Source of the DNA: Lingula anatina
Lineage: Eukaryota > Animalia > Brachiopoda
Direction: 5' to 3'
Assembly: GCA_051362555.1 (NCBI GenBank)
Contig: CM120642.1
Coordinates: 2,666,001 to 2,730,000 of the forward strand
DNA: 64,000 bases
Positions 50,738-64,000 of this stretch are shown piece by piece. A program made the translations under genes and the position numbers. A model generated the notes under the pieces. That model was not told the origin of the DNA and searched no databases. It saw only the letters and a list, made by a program, of their open reading frames with translations. Positions within the stretch are counted from its first letter, which is position 1; every line of letters starts with the position of its first letter.

Positions 50738-51310
50738 CAGACTTGACATTTAATATGGAATATTTCAGTTTTAAAGGTGTACCTAGGTAAAATGCGTTCT
50801 TTATCCAAAAAACTCAAATCTCATATAATATATCTGACTGGAGAAGTGTGTAGCCAGGTGTGTCGCTACCAATTAACTGATTATCAAGTCTGTTGCACTG
50901 CTGCATTATGTAATATGCAGTGATTTAATTGGGTAGTGCTCTTTTGGGCTGGTCAAAGCTTGGCTTTGGCGAAGCATGGTTCTGTCAAAAAACTATCCAT
51001 ATGTCAGCAACTACTGCATAGAAGAATTTGAAATTTTGCATGCAAGCGGTCAGTTTTGCAGTGCGTAAAGTGAGTTTAGCAGTGTTTTACAAAATTGTTA
51101 AGCTGTGCCAGAATGGCGCGAAAAAGACAGACATTGCTAGACAGATTATAGCGCCAAATGGAACGGTCCGCACAGTTTCATAGAGTAATGCCCAGACTTA
51201 TGTACCCACACAGAGACCACGCCCAATGTATCGTTATCTTATCACCAGGGTATAGGACTCAATGTCCTTCAGGATATGCTGCTGCAATTAAACCCAAACC
51301 ACCCAGACCG
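50738..51310. mobile_element. Truncated, inverted copy 3 of the 1.6-kb TIR family
   Basis: Starts ta|cagacttgacatttaatatggaatatt and is the reverse complement of ~15735-16304. Confidence 0.8.
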
Positions 51311-52998
51311 GTTGCAAAATGCGCAAATACTCCAGAACGCATTTTTCAACCAAAGAAAAACATGAATTATCTATTTTTGACCGCAATGCATTTTTCTGTG
51401 TCACTGAAACGGGAATTCAAAACTTAAAAGTACTATAGCGAAACAGAATCGGGGTAGGGACGCAGTTATTAGGACATAAATGCCGTACGCTGAATCAGGT
51501 GGGGATGAGTAAGGGACATGAAACTTTGAGGACTGGCTTAGAAAATAAAAACGGTTGCAAAATGCGTTTGGTTGCAAAATACGGCTGTGCAGTTCTTAAT
51601 AAAGTCTCCAAGTAAATTCAACCTTGTTATTGGCTTGTTTTTCCTCTGTTTACGTCGACGTCAAGTTTGTAAGAACATATATTAACCCTGGACATACATG
51701 TACGTGGCTGCTCTGGCACGTCACATTCTGGCGGAAGAGTTAAATGTATCTGGTCTTTCACAAGTCAACGTCATACAAAAAAGCCTGAGCGTTCTCATTT
51801 AACTGCAAATGAAAACCTCACGAATGGGATGTGGACACTTGTAAAAAAAGTCACGTGTTGTACTCCCAAAAATTCAGCGTTACGTCACAGTGCGGAAGAG
51901 TTACATGCATCCCGTCATTTATGCTGGTCCTTGTGAATTACCTGGACGTGCACGCGCCGCAGGCAACATAAGACGCTAGCCTGGTGATATATTATTATCA
52001 GACTTTTGGTTAGACCTGTTATATTGCCCCAGTGGCCAGAATACCTTTACGTAAACTTAAGAGCATTCTTTCTCGTTTTGCTGATAAAATCTCAGCATTG
52101 CCTTTGTAGACACCGTTGAATAGAGTCTTGTCAAAGGGGCTCAATGCTTTAAAATGTACTTACAACTATCCTTCTGGGATATATCTTTGAGATCAAAAGT
52201 GACATTTTAATCTAAAACGCTACTGTTACGCCATCCAGGTGAACGTGAGATTTACAATATAATACTTAAATTTATGAATAATGTTACATTATTTACGTTA
52301 AATTCATTAGCTACTTTGAGATACAATTTCTACATTCAATCATTCATTCTTCTATTCATTTGTTTTTACATGTATTGTGTAGTGTTTTGTGTAATGTAGA
52401 TTAAAATACTACCCAGCCCTTCAGGTTTATAAAACACTGTGTATAATCGTTCGTATCATTTTGCCAGTTGTCTTAGATTATTTTTAACATTATATTCCTA
52501 AGAAATAGTTTGATTGCTTTGAAGGGCGACCTTCGTTGAACACAGAATCCGTTTAAAAAAACGTAATTCTGATTATCAGTTTTTAAAATTCATCTTCATG
52601 GGTATTTAACAAGTTGTTAATTTATGTTTAACCTTTCTCATCCGTTCACGCTGAAACTAGTCCTAACAAAACATGCTAGTTAGGAGGTACTACCAGTACA
52701 TACTAACTGGACTCACTTGGCAATCGTCATAATTTCATTTAATACCAGTAATTATTGAAATTAGGAAAAACTGAGCAATTACAATAAAGGAAATGATTTT
52801 AATACCTTTACTTACATACATTAAAAGGGTAATATTATTATGGAAATAAGTGATCATTATTTAAATTCTCAATATTTAGAAAGGTCTCCAGACTTTCATT
52901 CATTTCTATACTGGATAATACGTTTAACGTCAGAATATGACTGATATGTAGCGGACGCACTTAAAACAACAGTCCAATTGCGGAAAGACCATGTTTGC

Positions 52999-55900
52999 TT
53001 ATACAGCCATGTTCAAGTTCAAGAGAATTGACTTCAGGTTCATCGCCAAAAATGCATTATCTTTCCCGTAACTTCTCAGTGCCTCTTGAACCAGCCCTGT
53101 GATGGTGAACACTTCAAAATATTTCTTGTTGTTCCTGAAAAAATATACAGGAATACTGTATCACATCAAAATAATAAATATGACAAAACAAAAAGAGCAG
53201 CAAAGCTGTCCAAAGTACAGACCACTATCTGATCAGTAATAAAAGTCTTTTCAACATTGACAAAAAGTTCTCTAACACAATGTTAAAATTTTGCATCACA
53301 AGCTAAAGATGTCCTTATCATATCCCTAAAAACACACAACACACACAACGTAATCAGAAATAATAATCACTTACTTTATCTTTGACAACTTTTGCAGAAC
53401 AATGCTGAGTTTTTCCACCATCTTGTTCTCCAGGTTTGGGGCCCTGAGTATCACAGAGCAGGCCCTGAACCAGGATTCTGTGCTGATACTCTCCAGAAAT
53501 TGATGCAGGTTCAGAGACTCCATGGACATCTGCAGGTACACGTCCATAGCACAGGTCATCAGGGCCTAGAAAAAGGTCAAAGGTCATATCAGATGTGGGA
53601 TCCTCCACTGAGGAAAAAAAATCTCACTGTTTAAACCAAATAACAGTTTCAGTTGTAAATAAAAAGCCAAAGATCATTTTAGGAATGGGATCCTCCATTG
53701 AAAAGAAAGAAAACTCTCCCTGTAACCTAAATCAAAATATCAGTTCTGTTTCAGATAAAAAGTCAAAGGTCATTTCAGGTATGGGATCCTTCATTGAGGA
53801 GATAAAAAAACCTCCCTGTAATCTAAATCAAAACATCAGTCTCTGTTAGAAGACAATAAACCTCTCCCTGTAACCCAAATCAAAACATCAGTTTTAGTTC
53901 CAAATAAAAAGGAAGAAAGGAATATGTCCTTCTTAGGAATGATATTTTTATTTATTTAAAATGAACGTTAGGTCTGTGATGTTGGAATCTGTGGCAGAAA
54001 TTTTTCATTCAGAACACCAGAAGAAGAAGAAGAAGACTTATAGACTTGCTTGGTCACAATGAGGATAAACGGCAACAAAAGATAGCACCTTTTTTCTGAT
54101 ATGACCAATAAATGAAACCAAAAAATGCTTATCCTTGGTCACATCTAATAGTTACATAGGTGCATGCTACAAAATTGAAACTTTGCACAAATTTCTACAA
54201 ATGTGCGACCAAATGACAGAATTTCAGCATCTGAAAGTTACCTTGGATGCAGGTTTAAAGAAGGAAATTATGACTGGAGATGCCCGGTAATGGATAAATA
54301 ATTCTTTTGCTGATTCAGACTTCAGGTCCATCTTCAGTACATCAAATACATGTGCTAGGTGATCAACTAAAATACAAATAAAAAATTAGAAAAAATTCAA
54401 ATACAATTAATCTATGTTCCTCTGTCAATAACATTTTTCAATTTCAGGTAGATCTCATCCTCAGCCATTTTAAGTTCATCTACTTGGAAAAATTGTTTAT
54501 CTTTTTTTTTCTTCAGTCAACTTTCTTTGCTTGCCATCAAATACCATTTACAGGTTTAGCTCTTTGAATCAGGTTTGGGAAATTTCAATATCTTTCTGAG
54601 TAGCAAAATTTATTAAACTAATAAAAATGAAAATATTCAAACAAACTGCTCTTGTGCATGGCCAGGAAAATCAAAATTTGAATCAAAATTTGACCAAGTA
54701 GGCTCTATGTTAGTGCTTAGGTACATGAAAGTTTCACAGTAATACAGTCCACTTAAAAAAACAAGGCAGCAAAGCTGTCAAATGTACAGACAAAAAACAG
54801 GAAATAACTATGCACAAAATAGGCTACTGTCAATTCTGATGCAAAAGTACATTATGTTAAACTGCAAATTCAACATTAAATTTTAATTATGCTCAACAGG
54901 TAATACCAATGTAAGTAAAATGTGTAACAAGCATAAGGCTTCAGGCCCATGGGAGTTCAAGTTCACACTTTGAAATTGTATAACTTCCAGAAAAAGAAGC
55001 CAATTAGACTACTTTTCCAACTCAGGCTGCATTTTAGCCCTGTATTTCTTTTTTGAAAGTTTGGCAGTCATAAATAACATGGTTTTCCCATAATGGTCAT
55101 CATGGCAGCAGCACCCAAAATTGTGTTTTCTTCTATTCTGATGCAATATTACATAATGGTTAACAGCATAAAGACTGTCAACTTTTGAAAATAAAATAAA
55201 CGTATCATGGATTTTCAGAAAATGCGACTAGCACAGGTCTTCAAGCATATCTTGTGAAAAATTAAATTTTCACAAAAAAAAAAACTGTTTAACTGGCAGT
55301 AAGAATTACCAAACAGACTGCATTGCCTACTGAAGCTGTATTTTAGTCGCATGTTTCTTTCCTGCAAGTTTGAGAACAGTAAGTGACCTGGTTTTTCTTA
55401 AATGGTCATCATGGGAGCAGTGCCCAAAATAGTTTTTTTGATGCAATATTACATAACGTTTAACAGCATAATGACCATCAATTTTTAATAATAAAATATT
55501 AGTATCATGGATATTCAGAAAATGTGATATGGGAAGGTCTTCAGGCCCATGGAACTTCAAAGTCACAACTTGAAAATGCCAAAATGTAAACAAGACAGCA
55601 CTGTTCTGAAATGTTTTTTTTTTTTAACATAAAACAAAATTAACAGTTTACTGCCATTTTTATATGATCAACTAAGAAAAATATCAATAGAGCAGTGTTA
55701 AATAGCCAATTTCTTCCATTCTGAGATTCTGAACATAGTGAATGATTGAATCTGACAAACTGCTATGACATGAGTTTATTTCCACTTTTGAAACTTTATT
55801 ACACAATACACAATAATAAGTTTACCATTATTTTTACAAAATCAACTAACAATGTTGTAAAGATGCAGGAAATGTCAAACAAACACTTTTACGTATCTTA

Positions 55901-58900
55901 TTAGTTAACTAATGAGACTGTTAACATGCCTAAGAATTGAATGTGAGGAAATGTGAAAAAACAGCATAACTTCTAAAATAATGGCCCGATTATGCTGATT
56001 TTCGAACTCAACCTGTGTTTTAGCAGCATTGACCACTCCTGTGAGTTTAATGGCAATTGGCCTATCTGTTTTCCTTATATTGTGTTTTTAGTGTTGCATA
56101 TATGCTGAAAAGTGGGGAAAAAAGCATAACTACTAAAATAGTGGCCCGATCATGCCGCTTTTCGAACTTGACCTCAATTTAGTGAGATCCATTACCCCAG
56201 CGAGTTTCATGACAACAGGCCTATCGTTTTTTTTCTTGAAATGTGTTTACAGTGTTGCATATATGCTGAAAAGTGAAAACATCTTAAAAATGCCAGTTTG
56301 AAAAATTAAAAATTAAAGAAAAAATTACAAAAATATTCCACTAAAGCTGCCATTCAGTCTAGGTGCATAACCATGATATGAATCATCCAACTTGAGTTTA
56401 AACAGTGTAAACAACTCACAGAAATATAATATATTTTGTTTTACTACAAAAAGGGCAGTCATAGCTATTATTCTGATATCTGAACTTTTCATCAGACCAT
56501 GTGACATCCAAAGATGGCTATACTTTGTAACAATATCTTAAGAGATTATAACAAAAAAAAAAAACCCTTTTTACAAAGAAAATTAATTATTTGCCAAAAA
56601 GAACAGTCAAGTTGCAAATATTGCACAACAGGTAGTATCAATAAAAGTTAAATGTTACATGTCCTTGGGAGTTATAAGTCCCACAATGAAAATTCCAGTA
56701 TGTGAAAGATAAAATTTCACAAAATGTACAACAGAATAACATGGTCAATAAGATTACAGTTTCAGGACCATATGTGAGAGTTCAAATTCACATAATGAAA
56801 ATCCCAATATGTGAAAAAAGATGACAGTGCATAAAATAATATAATTACACAATGTTTAAAGGCATAAAAACCAACACAACTCCTTATGTGGAAAAACAGA
56901 AAATGCAGAGTGCTTCTGGTGGATGGGAGTTGAAAGTGATATCTTGAAGATGCTAGTGTTTGAAAAATAATTAAAAGAAAATGTAAAATAAAACAAAACA
57001 AAAAATTCCAATAAAGCTGCTATTCAAACTTTAAATCTAGCTGTCTAATTACTAACATGACTAACATTTACCTGCACAATAATCACTGATTCCTAATTAT
57101 GTGACACAGTTAAGAGAGATATACCCAGGGGACTTTACAATGAAATCTCATCGTGTGTTTTATGTAATCTCATTTAATGGCCACTTGAAAAATTATTAAG
57201 CAAATTACTTTATGAACGTGTGTTTTATGTAATCTCATTTAATGGCCACTTGAAAATTAATTAAGCAAATTAGTTTGTGACCCTGAATTAATATACTGCC
57301 ATATACATTTATTGCACCATAGTTCACTCTATAGAACTGCATTGCTTCCAAAACAGAAAACAATCACACTGGTTTTCAAACACAAGCTGCACTTCAGTCT
57401 TATGAAACTTTTCAGTAAATTTGAGTATCATAAGTAACATGGTTTTCCCTTAATCGCTATCCTGGCAGCAGTGTCCAAAATACAGGTTTCTTCAACTTTC
57501 ATGCAATATAACACAATACTTAACAGCATAATGACCATCAATTTTTTATAAAAAAAATAAAAGTATCATGGATATTCAGAAAATGTGATATGGGAAGGTC
57601 TTCAAGACCATGGAAGTTCAAAGTTCAAAGTTCAAAATGCCAAAATGTAAACAAGAGATAACTGTACTGAAATGATTTTTTTTCCATTTTCAACACCTTT
57701 TTACATAAAACAAAATAATCAATTTACTGTCATTTTTAAATGATCATCTAGGAAAATTGTCGACATAGGAAAAATATCAATAGAACAATTTTAAATGTCT
57801 AATTTGCTCCATTTGCAGATTCTGAACATAGTGAATGACTGGATCTGACAAACTGCAATGATGAGTTCCTTTCCATTTTGGATACTTTATTACATAATGC
57901 ATGATAACAGGTTTACCATCATTTTTATATAATCAACTAACAATATTGTTAAGAAGCAGAAAATGTCAAAACAACACTTTTACATATCTAATTAGTTCCA
58001 TATTGAGACTGTTAACATGCCTAAGAATTAAATCTGAAGAAAAAAAACACTTATATACAAAAAGGCTAATAACTTCATCAAAACTTAACTGATCAAGCTT
58101 ATTTTCAAACTTGATCTGTATACTAGTCAGACTAATCACTGCTGTGAGTTGCAAGACAAAAGGCTGATTGGTTTTCCTTAAAATGTGTTATCAGTGTTGC
58201 ATATATGCTGAATAAGGAAAAAACAGCATAACAGTTGTAAATATAGTCCAATCAAGCCAATTTTCAAACTTGAAATGCGTATTATGAATATTCATCAGTT
58301 TCAATCCAAAAAGAAAAACATTTTTACACTGATCCTGTTTTCCGTGTTACAAAAATGCTGAAAAATTTGAAAAAAAAAAACCATCATAACTTCCCTAAAA
58401 TTGGCCGGATCATGCTGAATTTCAAACTTAACCTGCATATTATAAATATTAATCAGTTCTGTAAGTTTCAAGCCAAAAAGTAAAACGGTATTTTACTTAT
58501 CATGTTATCGGTGCTACATAAATGCTGAAAAAAGTGAAACAAGACAGCACTGTTCTGAAATGGGTTTATTACCATTTTTAAGACTTTTTAAACATAAAAC
58601 AAAATAAACAGTGCCATTTTTATATGACCAACTAAGAAAATTGATGAGATGGGAAAATATCAATAAGACAGTGTTATATGTCCAATTTCCTCCATTATGA
58701 GATTCTGAACATAGTGGATGATTGAATCTGACAAACTGCAATGATATGTGTTTATTTCCATTTTTGACACTTTATTACACAATACACGATAACCGGTTTA
58801 CTATCATTTTTACAAAATCAACTAACAATGTTGTAAAGATGCAGGAAATGCCAAACAAACACTTTTACGTATCTTATTAGTTAAATAATGAGAGTGTTAA

Positions 58901-61900
58901 CATGCCTAAAAATTGAATGTGAGGAAATGTGAAAAAACAGCATAACCTCTAAAATAATGGACCGATTATGCTGATTTTCCAACTCAACCTTCATTTTAGT
59001 AAGATTGGCCACTCCTATGAGTATTATGACAATTGGCCTATCTGTTTTTCACTTATCGTGTTATCAGTGTTGCATATATGCTGAAAAAAGTGAAAAAAAA
59101 CAACTTAACTTCCATAAAAGTGGTCCAATCATGCTGATTTTCAAACTCGACCTGTGTATTATGAATATTTATCAGTTCTGTAAGTTTCAAGCCAAAGGGT
59201 AAAACAGCTTTTCATTTATTGTGTTATCGGTGTTGCAAAAATGCTGAAAAAAAGTGAAAAAATAGCCTAAATTCAGTAAAAATGACCCAATCATGCTGAT
59301 TTTCAAACTTGACCTGCGTATTATGAATATTCATCAGTTCTGTAAGTTTCAAGCCAAAAGGTAAAATGGTTTTCCATTTATGGTGTTATCGGTGCTGCAT
59401 ATATGCTGAAAAAAGTGAAAAAACAGCATAAATTCCCTATAAGTGACCCGATCATGCTGATTTTCGAACTTGACCTGCGTATTATGAATATTCATCAGTT
59501 CTGTAAGTTTCAAGCCAAAAGAAAAAATATTTTTCCACTTATCGTGTTATCGGTAAAAGTGCACGGCGACGACGGCGACGGCGACGACAGACGCAGATGA
59601 CGGCTATATGTACAGACACATCTGTGTCTGTACATAAAAAAAAAAAAAAAAGACCCCCTACCCCCTTTGAAATTACTGGCTACAGGCCTGACAATTATAT
59701 CACTGAAATGCCACAATGGGCCTAAAAAAAACAATTGAGCTCTAACCTTGTGACAGGGTCTTCAAAATTATCAGACATGACAGCAGTCGTACATGGAGAC
59801 TGGTACTTCTGAAAAATACCAAATCTTTGGTTTTGTCGGCCTTCACTGGCGACAGGGGCCTCTCAGAGGACAGCTCTCCACTGGAGCCAAGCCTTGTTGA
59901 CTTTGGCCGGTACAGTTCTTCTCCAACTCTTCTTAATGTTGAGGACAGGTTGGATTTCTGAATGAATAAATACAGACATTTAAAAAGGAATGAATGAATG
60001 AATGAATGAATGAATGAATGAAAAGATTTGAACAAATATTTATACTCAACTTTGCACAAGACTGTATTGATACTATACACATCTGTTTCATATGACAGAA
60101 TATTTAAATATAGTATTTTAAAACAAAACAAAACAAAAACCTTAAAATTCCTGACAAATGGCTTGGAACTAAGCAACATTTCCACAACTTAGCCACTGAA
60201 TAAAAATAAAAGAAACAGAAATAGTTCAGTCATACTGCAGTACCTGTTGACTTTGGGCCTTGTCCAAATGCAGCAAAGACCAGTAAATAAACTGTAGGCA
60301 AGGTAATGTCACTCTAGCATTGCTCGCAGGCAAATCCCGCAAAATTTCAACCAAGGAAGGGAGAACCTAGGGAAATAAAACGTCCTCATCACCAAAGGGG
60401 GTATGAGGGGCTGGCTGATCTAGAAGACTAGAAAACCAATGATTTTTCTTCTTTGAACTAAGGGACCATTATAAAATTCCTCCTGATATTTTTAACTGCA
60501 ATGCCTCTGCACCTTTCTCTTCGAACCTTAAAGATTTAAGTTCAAATAATATAACTGAGAAAATGTCAATTTCAATTTGGTATGAAACTGAGTAATTAAA
60601 AATATGTGAATTCATTCTCCTTTATGTGTTATGCTATAGCTATTGCAGTATATAATAAAGAGTACTAAAAAAATTCCATCGATAAGAATGGGCTAATTAA
60701 TCTTTTTTTTTTTTAATCTGCTGACGAATAGATTGGAGACGCTGAACTTTCAAAAATTCTCCCCCTGAACAGAGTACCTTAAAACACTTTTCCTGTGTGT
60801 CTTGTATGGAAGGGAGTTGGCTCTCAGCTGTTGGCTGCCCTAGAGCTGTATGTCTCAGATGAACCTCAGAAACCCAATCCAATAAAAGAGAGGTCACATC
60901 GTGCATGCTGGAAGGGAGCTATGATAAAGGAAAAGAAACTACATAATGTATTAGGTAAACTAGCTTTCAAACAAGAAGACAATACTGATGCATTTTTGCT
61001 ATGGCAAGAGCATGGATTTGTTTTACACACGTCGACTAGCTGTGACGAAATTCAGTTCTAAGCTTTATCAATCATCTTCAAATGTGATCTTATTATCTTA
61101 TATTTCATAAAACTGTTTTGCATTCAAATTCATTATTAACCTAATTCCCTTTGTATATCCTAAGTGCTGTCTTAAATTCACCACTTTGCTTACATATAAA
61201 TAAATTCATTTCAGAAATGCACTGGGATGTAGCAAATCCAGTATGTTATTCACAGTGGCCTCTAGCTATTCTTCATCAAGCTAAAGCCTAATGTATGATG
61301 ATATACAGCATATGATTGTGTACTTTATAGGTATAGTTAAAGTCCACTCAGACTTGTACCTTAGGTTTTGGAAGCAAATGTTTGCCATCTTTGGCCTCTA
61401 CAGCACTTGGTAGCTTGGATCTGATAGTGGTGGGTGGAATATTTTCGACCGTTTGTCGTCCAACAAATTCCTGTTTTCTCTGAAATGAGAGCAAGTATCA
61501 AAAGACTTTATAAAAGGTTACACCATGTCTACCATGTCTATCTATATATGATCATACATAAAAAGCAGAAAGTGGCAATAGTTTAGTACTCGTGTTTAAT
61601 TGTTGGTAATCCACACACAACTTTTTATTTAAAGATATGGACACAGTGTATCGAACATGTTACACTTTTAAGTCTCCTATTACTCCTAAAAACAACTAAA
61701 ACTGAACATAAATTGAAAATTATCAAAGTTGTGACCAAAATCAGTTAAAATATACCAAGTATTTGGCCTCAATTATTTGCTGCTACTAGTGTGTTAAGGT
61801 ACACGGTAGATTGCTTCAGGATTCCTTGGACAGGTGTTGGCATATTAATCAAAGCAGGTCCCTGTTTCACAAAAAAACTTAAGTCAGGTTCTCTGGCTAA

Positions 61901-63488
61901 GAACTTAATTACCAAGGTTACATGGTCACATCTCATCCTATCAGGTGCAGTGTTACAGCACTCTCATGGAGATCCTAGTCAGCTAAGTCAGGGAACTGAC
62001 TTAAGTTTTTTTGTGAAACTGGGACCAGATGTATTGGAGGAACTTTTTAAAGAACAAAAAAGAGGCAATAATTGTTCACTTTCTTCATCTGACCAGTCAC
62101 GTGCAATAGTAAGACAGCAGAATCCTGGAGATTGTAACACAGGGTCCAACACTTACCTGTAAATTTGCCAGTCTGGCCTGCAAACTAGCGGTCTGTTTTT
62201 CTAACTTTTCGTGTTGCTCTTGTAGTCCTTCCAGCTGAAATATTTATAGTCATATTTAAAATATAGTACTTAGTAGTCATTGAAATCAATAATCTTATTT
62301 AGTTCCCACTTATATATCTTACATATACACCTGATTAAATGAAAAAAGTCCAAAAATTTAACGTTGTGGCACACGTTAAACATTTAGAACTGCAAAACAA
62401 CTTTCCATTTCAAAGTTGGCAAGGTATAAAAATTGTAAAGTTTCAGTGGAAAACTTTTATAGCTCAATTTAGTATATTTTAAAAGACATGTTAAAAAGAC
62501 AGAAAAAAAAAGAAAAGAGGGGAAAATATAAAAAAAAGGAATTATCAATATACTATATAAAAATACACAAAAAAGATGATACCTCTTTCTTCAAGGAATC
62601 ATTAGCTTGTTTAATGGTTTCAAAGTTATCCTTTAACCTCTTGTTCTCCTTGGATTTTTCCCTTAATATTTGTTCCATTTTTGATATTTCTGCTATATGT
62701 TCCTGAAAGATATCAACAGGAAAAAAGATTCAATTTGTATAAAAAATAATATCCTGACAGGCTGATAGGCAAAAGATATAAATTTGAGAATACACACTTA
62801 GTCTGTCGTTCTCTCTCAATAGTACACAGCAGACAAACACGCAACAACTTACACCTAAAATCTGTGGCATTTATATAAAACAAAAAATATATTTATTTAT
62901 CTATTTATCAAGCAATACCTCTTCTATGACAGCCCATTTCTTATTCACCTCCTCCTGGGCATATGTCTTCACGTTGGCATGTGAACGGACAACAAGACGC
63001 TCCCTTTCTCTTAAGATAATTTCTCGCTCTTGTAGAATTTTGTGTTCATTCTGTGAAAACAAGACGAGATTTGGCATACATTATTGGTTCTGTTTTAAAT
63101 GCACAAGTTGAAGATGATATAATTTGCAAATATTTGCCGTTTGAAATAAATAGGCAAATAATGTTATATATTTTTTCATTAAAAAGAGGCATACCGTTTC
63201 CCAGCTGATTTTTCACCATACAAGGGACTTCATGACATTTTGAACACTACACTTTTCTGACGCAAAGACCAAGACATTTGATTTCATGCAAGCATCTGTG
63301 CTCTTTATTTTATATTACACTGCTTTCAATTTACCCTCAATTTGTTAGCGAGGGCCTGTAGCTCTGCGTATACTTCCTGGACGTCTGCTGGTAAGGCTCC
63401 GCTTTGCTGTGACATCATCATGTCAACGTTGTCAAAGTGGCGTCTGTGCCTTCTAGACTCTCTTGGTAACCGTTTGGAAGGTGCAGTG
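52999..63488 (-). CDS. CCDC138: Coiled-coil domain-containing protein 138 orthologue, 3' part; exons 63335-63488, 62919-63050, 62583-62702, 62157-62234, 61360-61479, 60778-60918, 60244-60366, 59747-59957, 54242-54366, 53375-53565, 52999-53134
   Basis: Phase-consistent GT-AG exons. Peptides QARLANLQRK, QFIYWSL, SSTLRRVGEE, FRACSVILRAPNLENKMVEKLSIVLQKLSKIKNNKKYFEVFTI and AFLAMNLKSILLNL match CCDC138 as recalled from vertebrates. The 5' end is outside the window; a possible further small exon lies at 63823-63869. Confidence 0.88.
53578..53910. repeat. Degenerate ~90-96-bp tandem repeat in a CCDC138 intron
   Basis: tgggatcc recurs near 53596, 53686 and 53782, each with a ctccctgtaa..taaatcaaaa-like block. 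Confidence 0.6.
55060..59640 (+). mobile_element. Helentron/HINE-like element(s) with a ~162-bp satellite core and larger duplicated blocks, in a CCDC138 intron
   Basis: Monomers at 59078, 59241 and 59403 (also near 55970-56270 and 58200-58530); (gacggc)n microsatellite; terminal hairpin tatgtacagacaca-tc-tgtgtctgtacata followed by an A-run. Confidence 0.65.
57152..57280. repeat. 65-bp tandem duplication
   Basis: cgtgtgttttatgtaatctcatttaatggccacttgaaaa occurs at 57152 and 57217. Confidence 0.8.
61858..62025. mobile_element. 168-bp PIF/Harbinger-like MITE in a CCDC138 intron
   Basis: ~30-bp TIRs gtccc.gtttcacaaaaaaacttaagtcag; 3-bp TSD CAG. Confidence 0.8.
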
Positions 63489-64000
63489 CTGGAAATGTAA
63501 TAAAGAGTTCACAAAAAATTATTACATCTGACAAGAGGGATAAAAACATTAAACATATTTCAGAATTCTTTAGAGCCATAAGAAAAATTTTGAAGGGCAT
63601 TAGCAAGAAAACATGAGCAGATTTTTATTTTGTAAATTCTAATATGCAAACATAAATGACAATGAAGCAAAGTAAAATCAGAAGAGGATCTTTTATCATT
63701 ATTTTAAAACTTGTCAAAGTTGGTCTGTTAGTATCCTTTATCTACATAATGACTGGATTATTAGGCATACTTCTACTGATCTAAAGGCGAGCAACTGACT
63801 TATGACCATATAAATGCCCTACGTTGGTAGTTCTACAGTTTTTGCAGAAGTAGCTAGAGGGGGAGGGGTCTGTATACATCAGGCAGAGGCAAGAATAACT
63901 CCAGTCTCACTTTCTTAGGAAGACAACTTGATGGACACCAAAATATTGGCATACAAAAAGAAACTCACAGACTTAGGCCATTCTTTACACAAAACTGTTG

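Noticed and set aside
63195-63300. Possible extra CCDC138 exon ending at a GT near 63194
   Set aside because: Exon 63335-63488 joins 62919-63050 in frame and follows the expected protein without it

Overview
AT-rich animal genomic DNA with spliceosomal introns; probably a marine invertebrate such as an echinoderm, inferred from gene content and repeat types. Positions 3.9-50 kb hold a minus-strand tandem cluster of three paralogous secreted-protein genes sharing one 5-exon plan: signal peptide, an atypical 8-Cys EGF-like head with an aromatic loop, one giant exon of near-identical 123-bp calcium-binding EGF repeats (29, 11 and 42 units), and a two-exon C-type lectin-like domain lacking the sugar-binding motifs. 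The three gene bodies have six intact promoter/exon-1 cassettes (1, 2 and 3 per gene). The EGF arrays show higher-order repeats and repeat exchange between paralogs. The 3' ten exons of a CCDC138 orthologue occupy 53.0-63.5 kb on the minus strand. Many non-autonomous DNA transposons/MITEs, Helentron-like elements and LINE remnants are interspersed. All coordinates were read by eye; no database searches were run.
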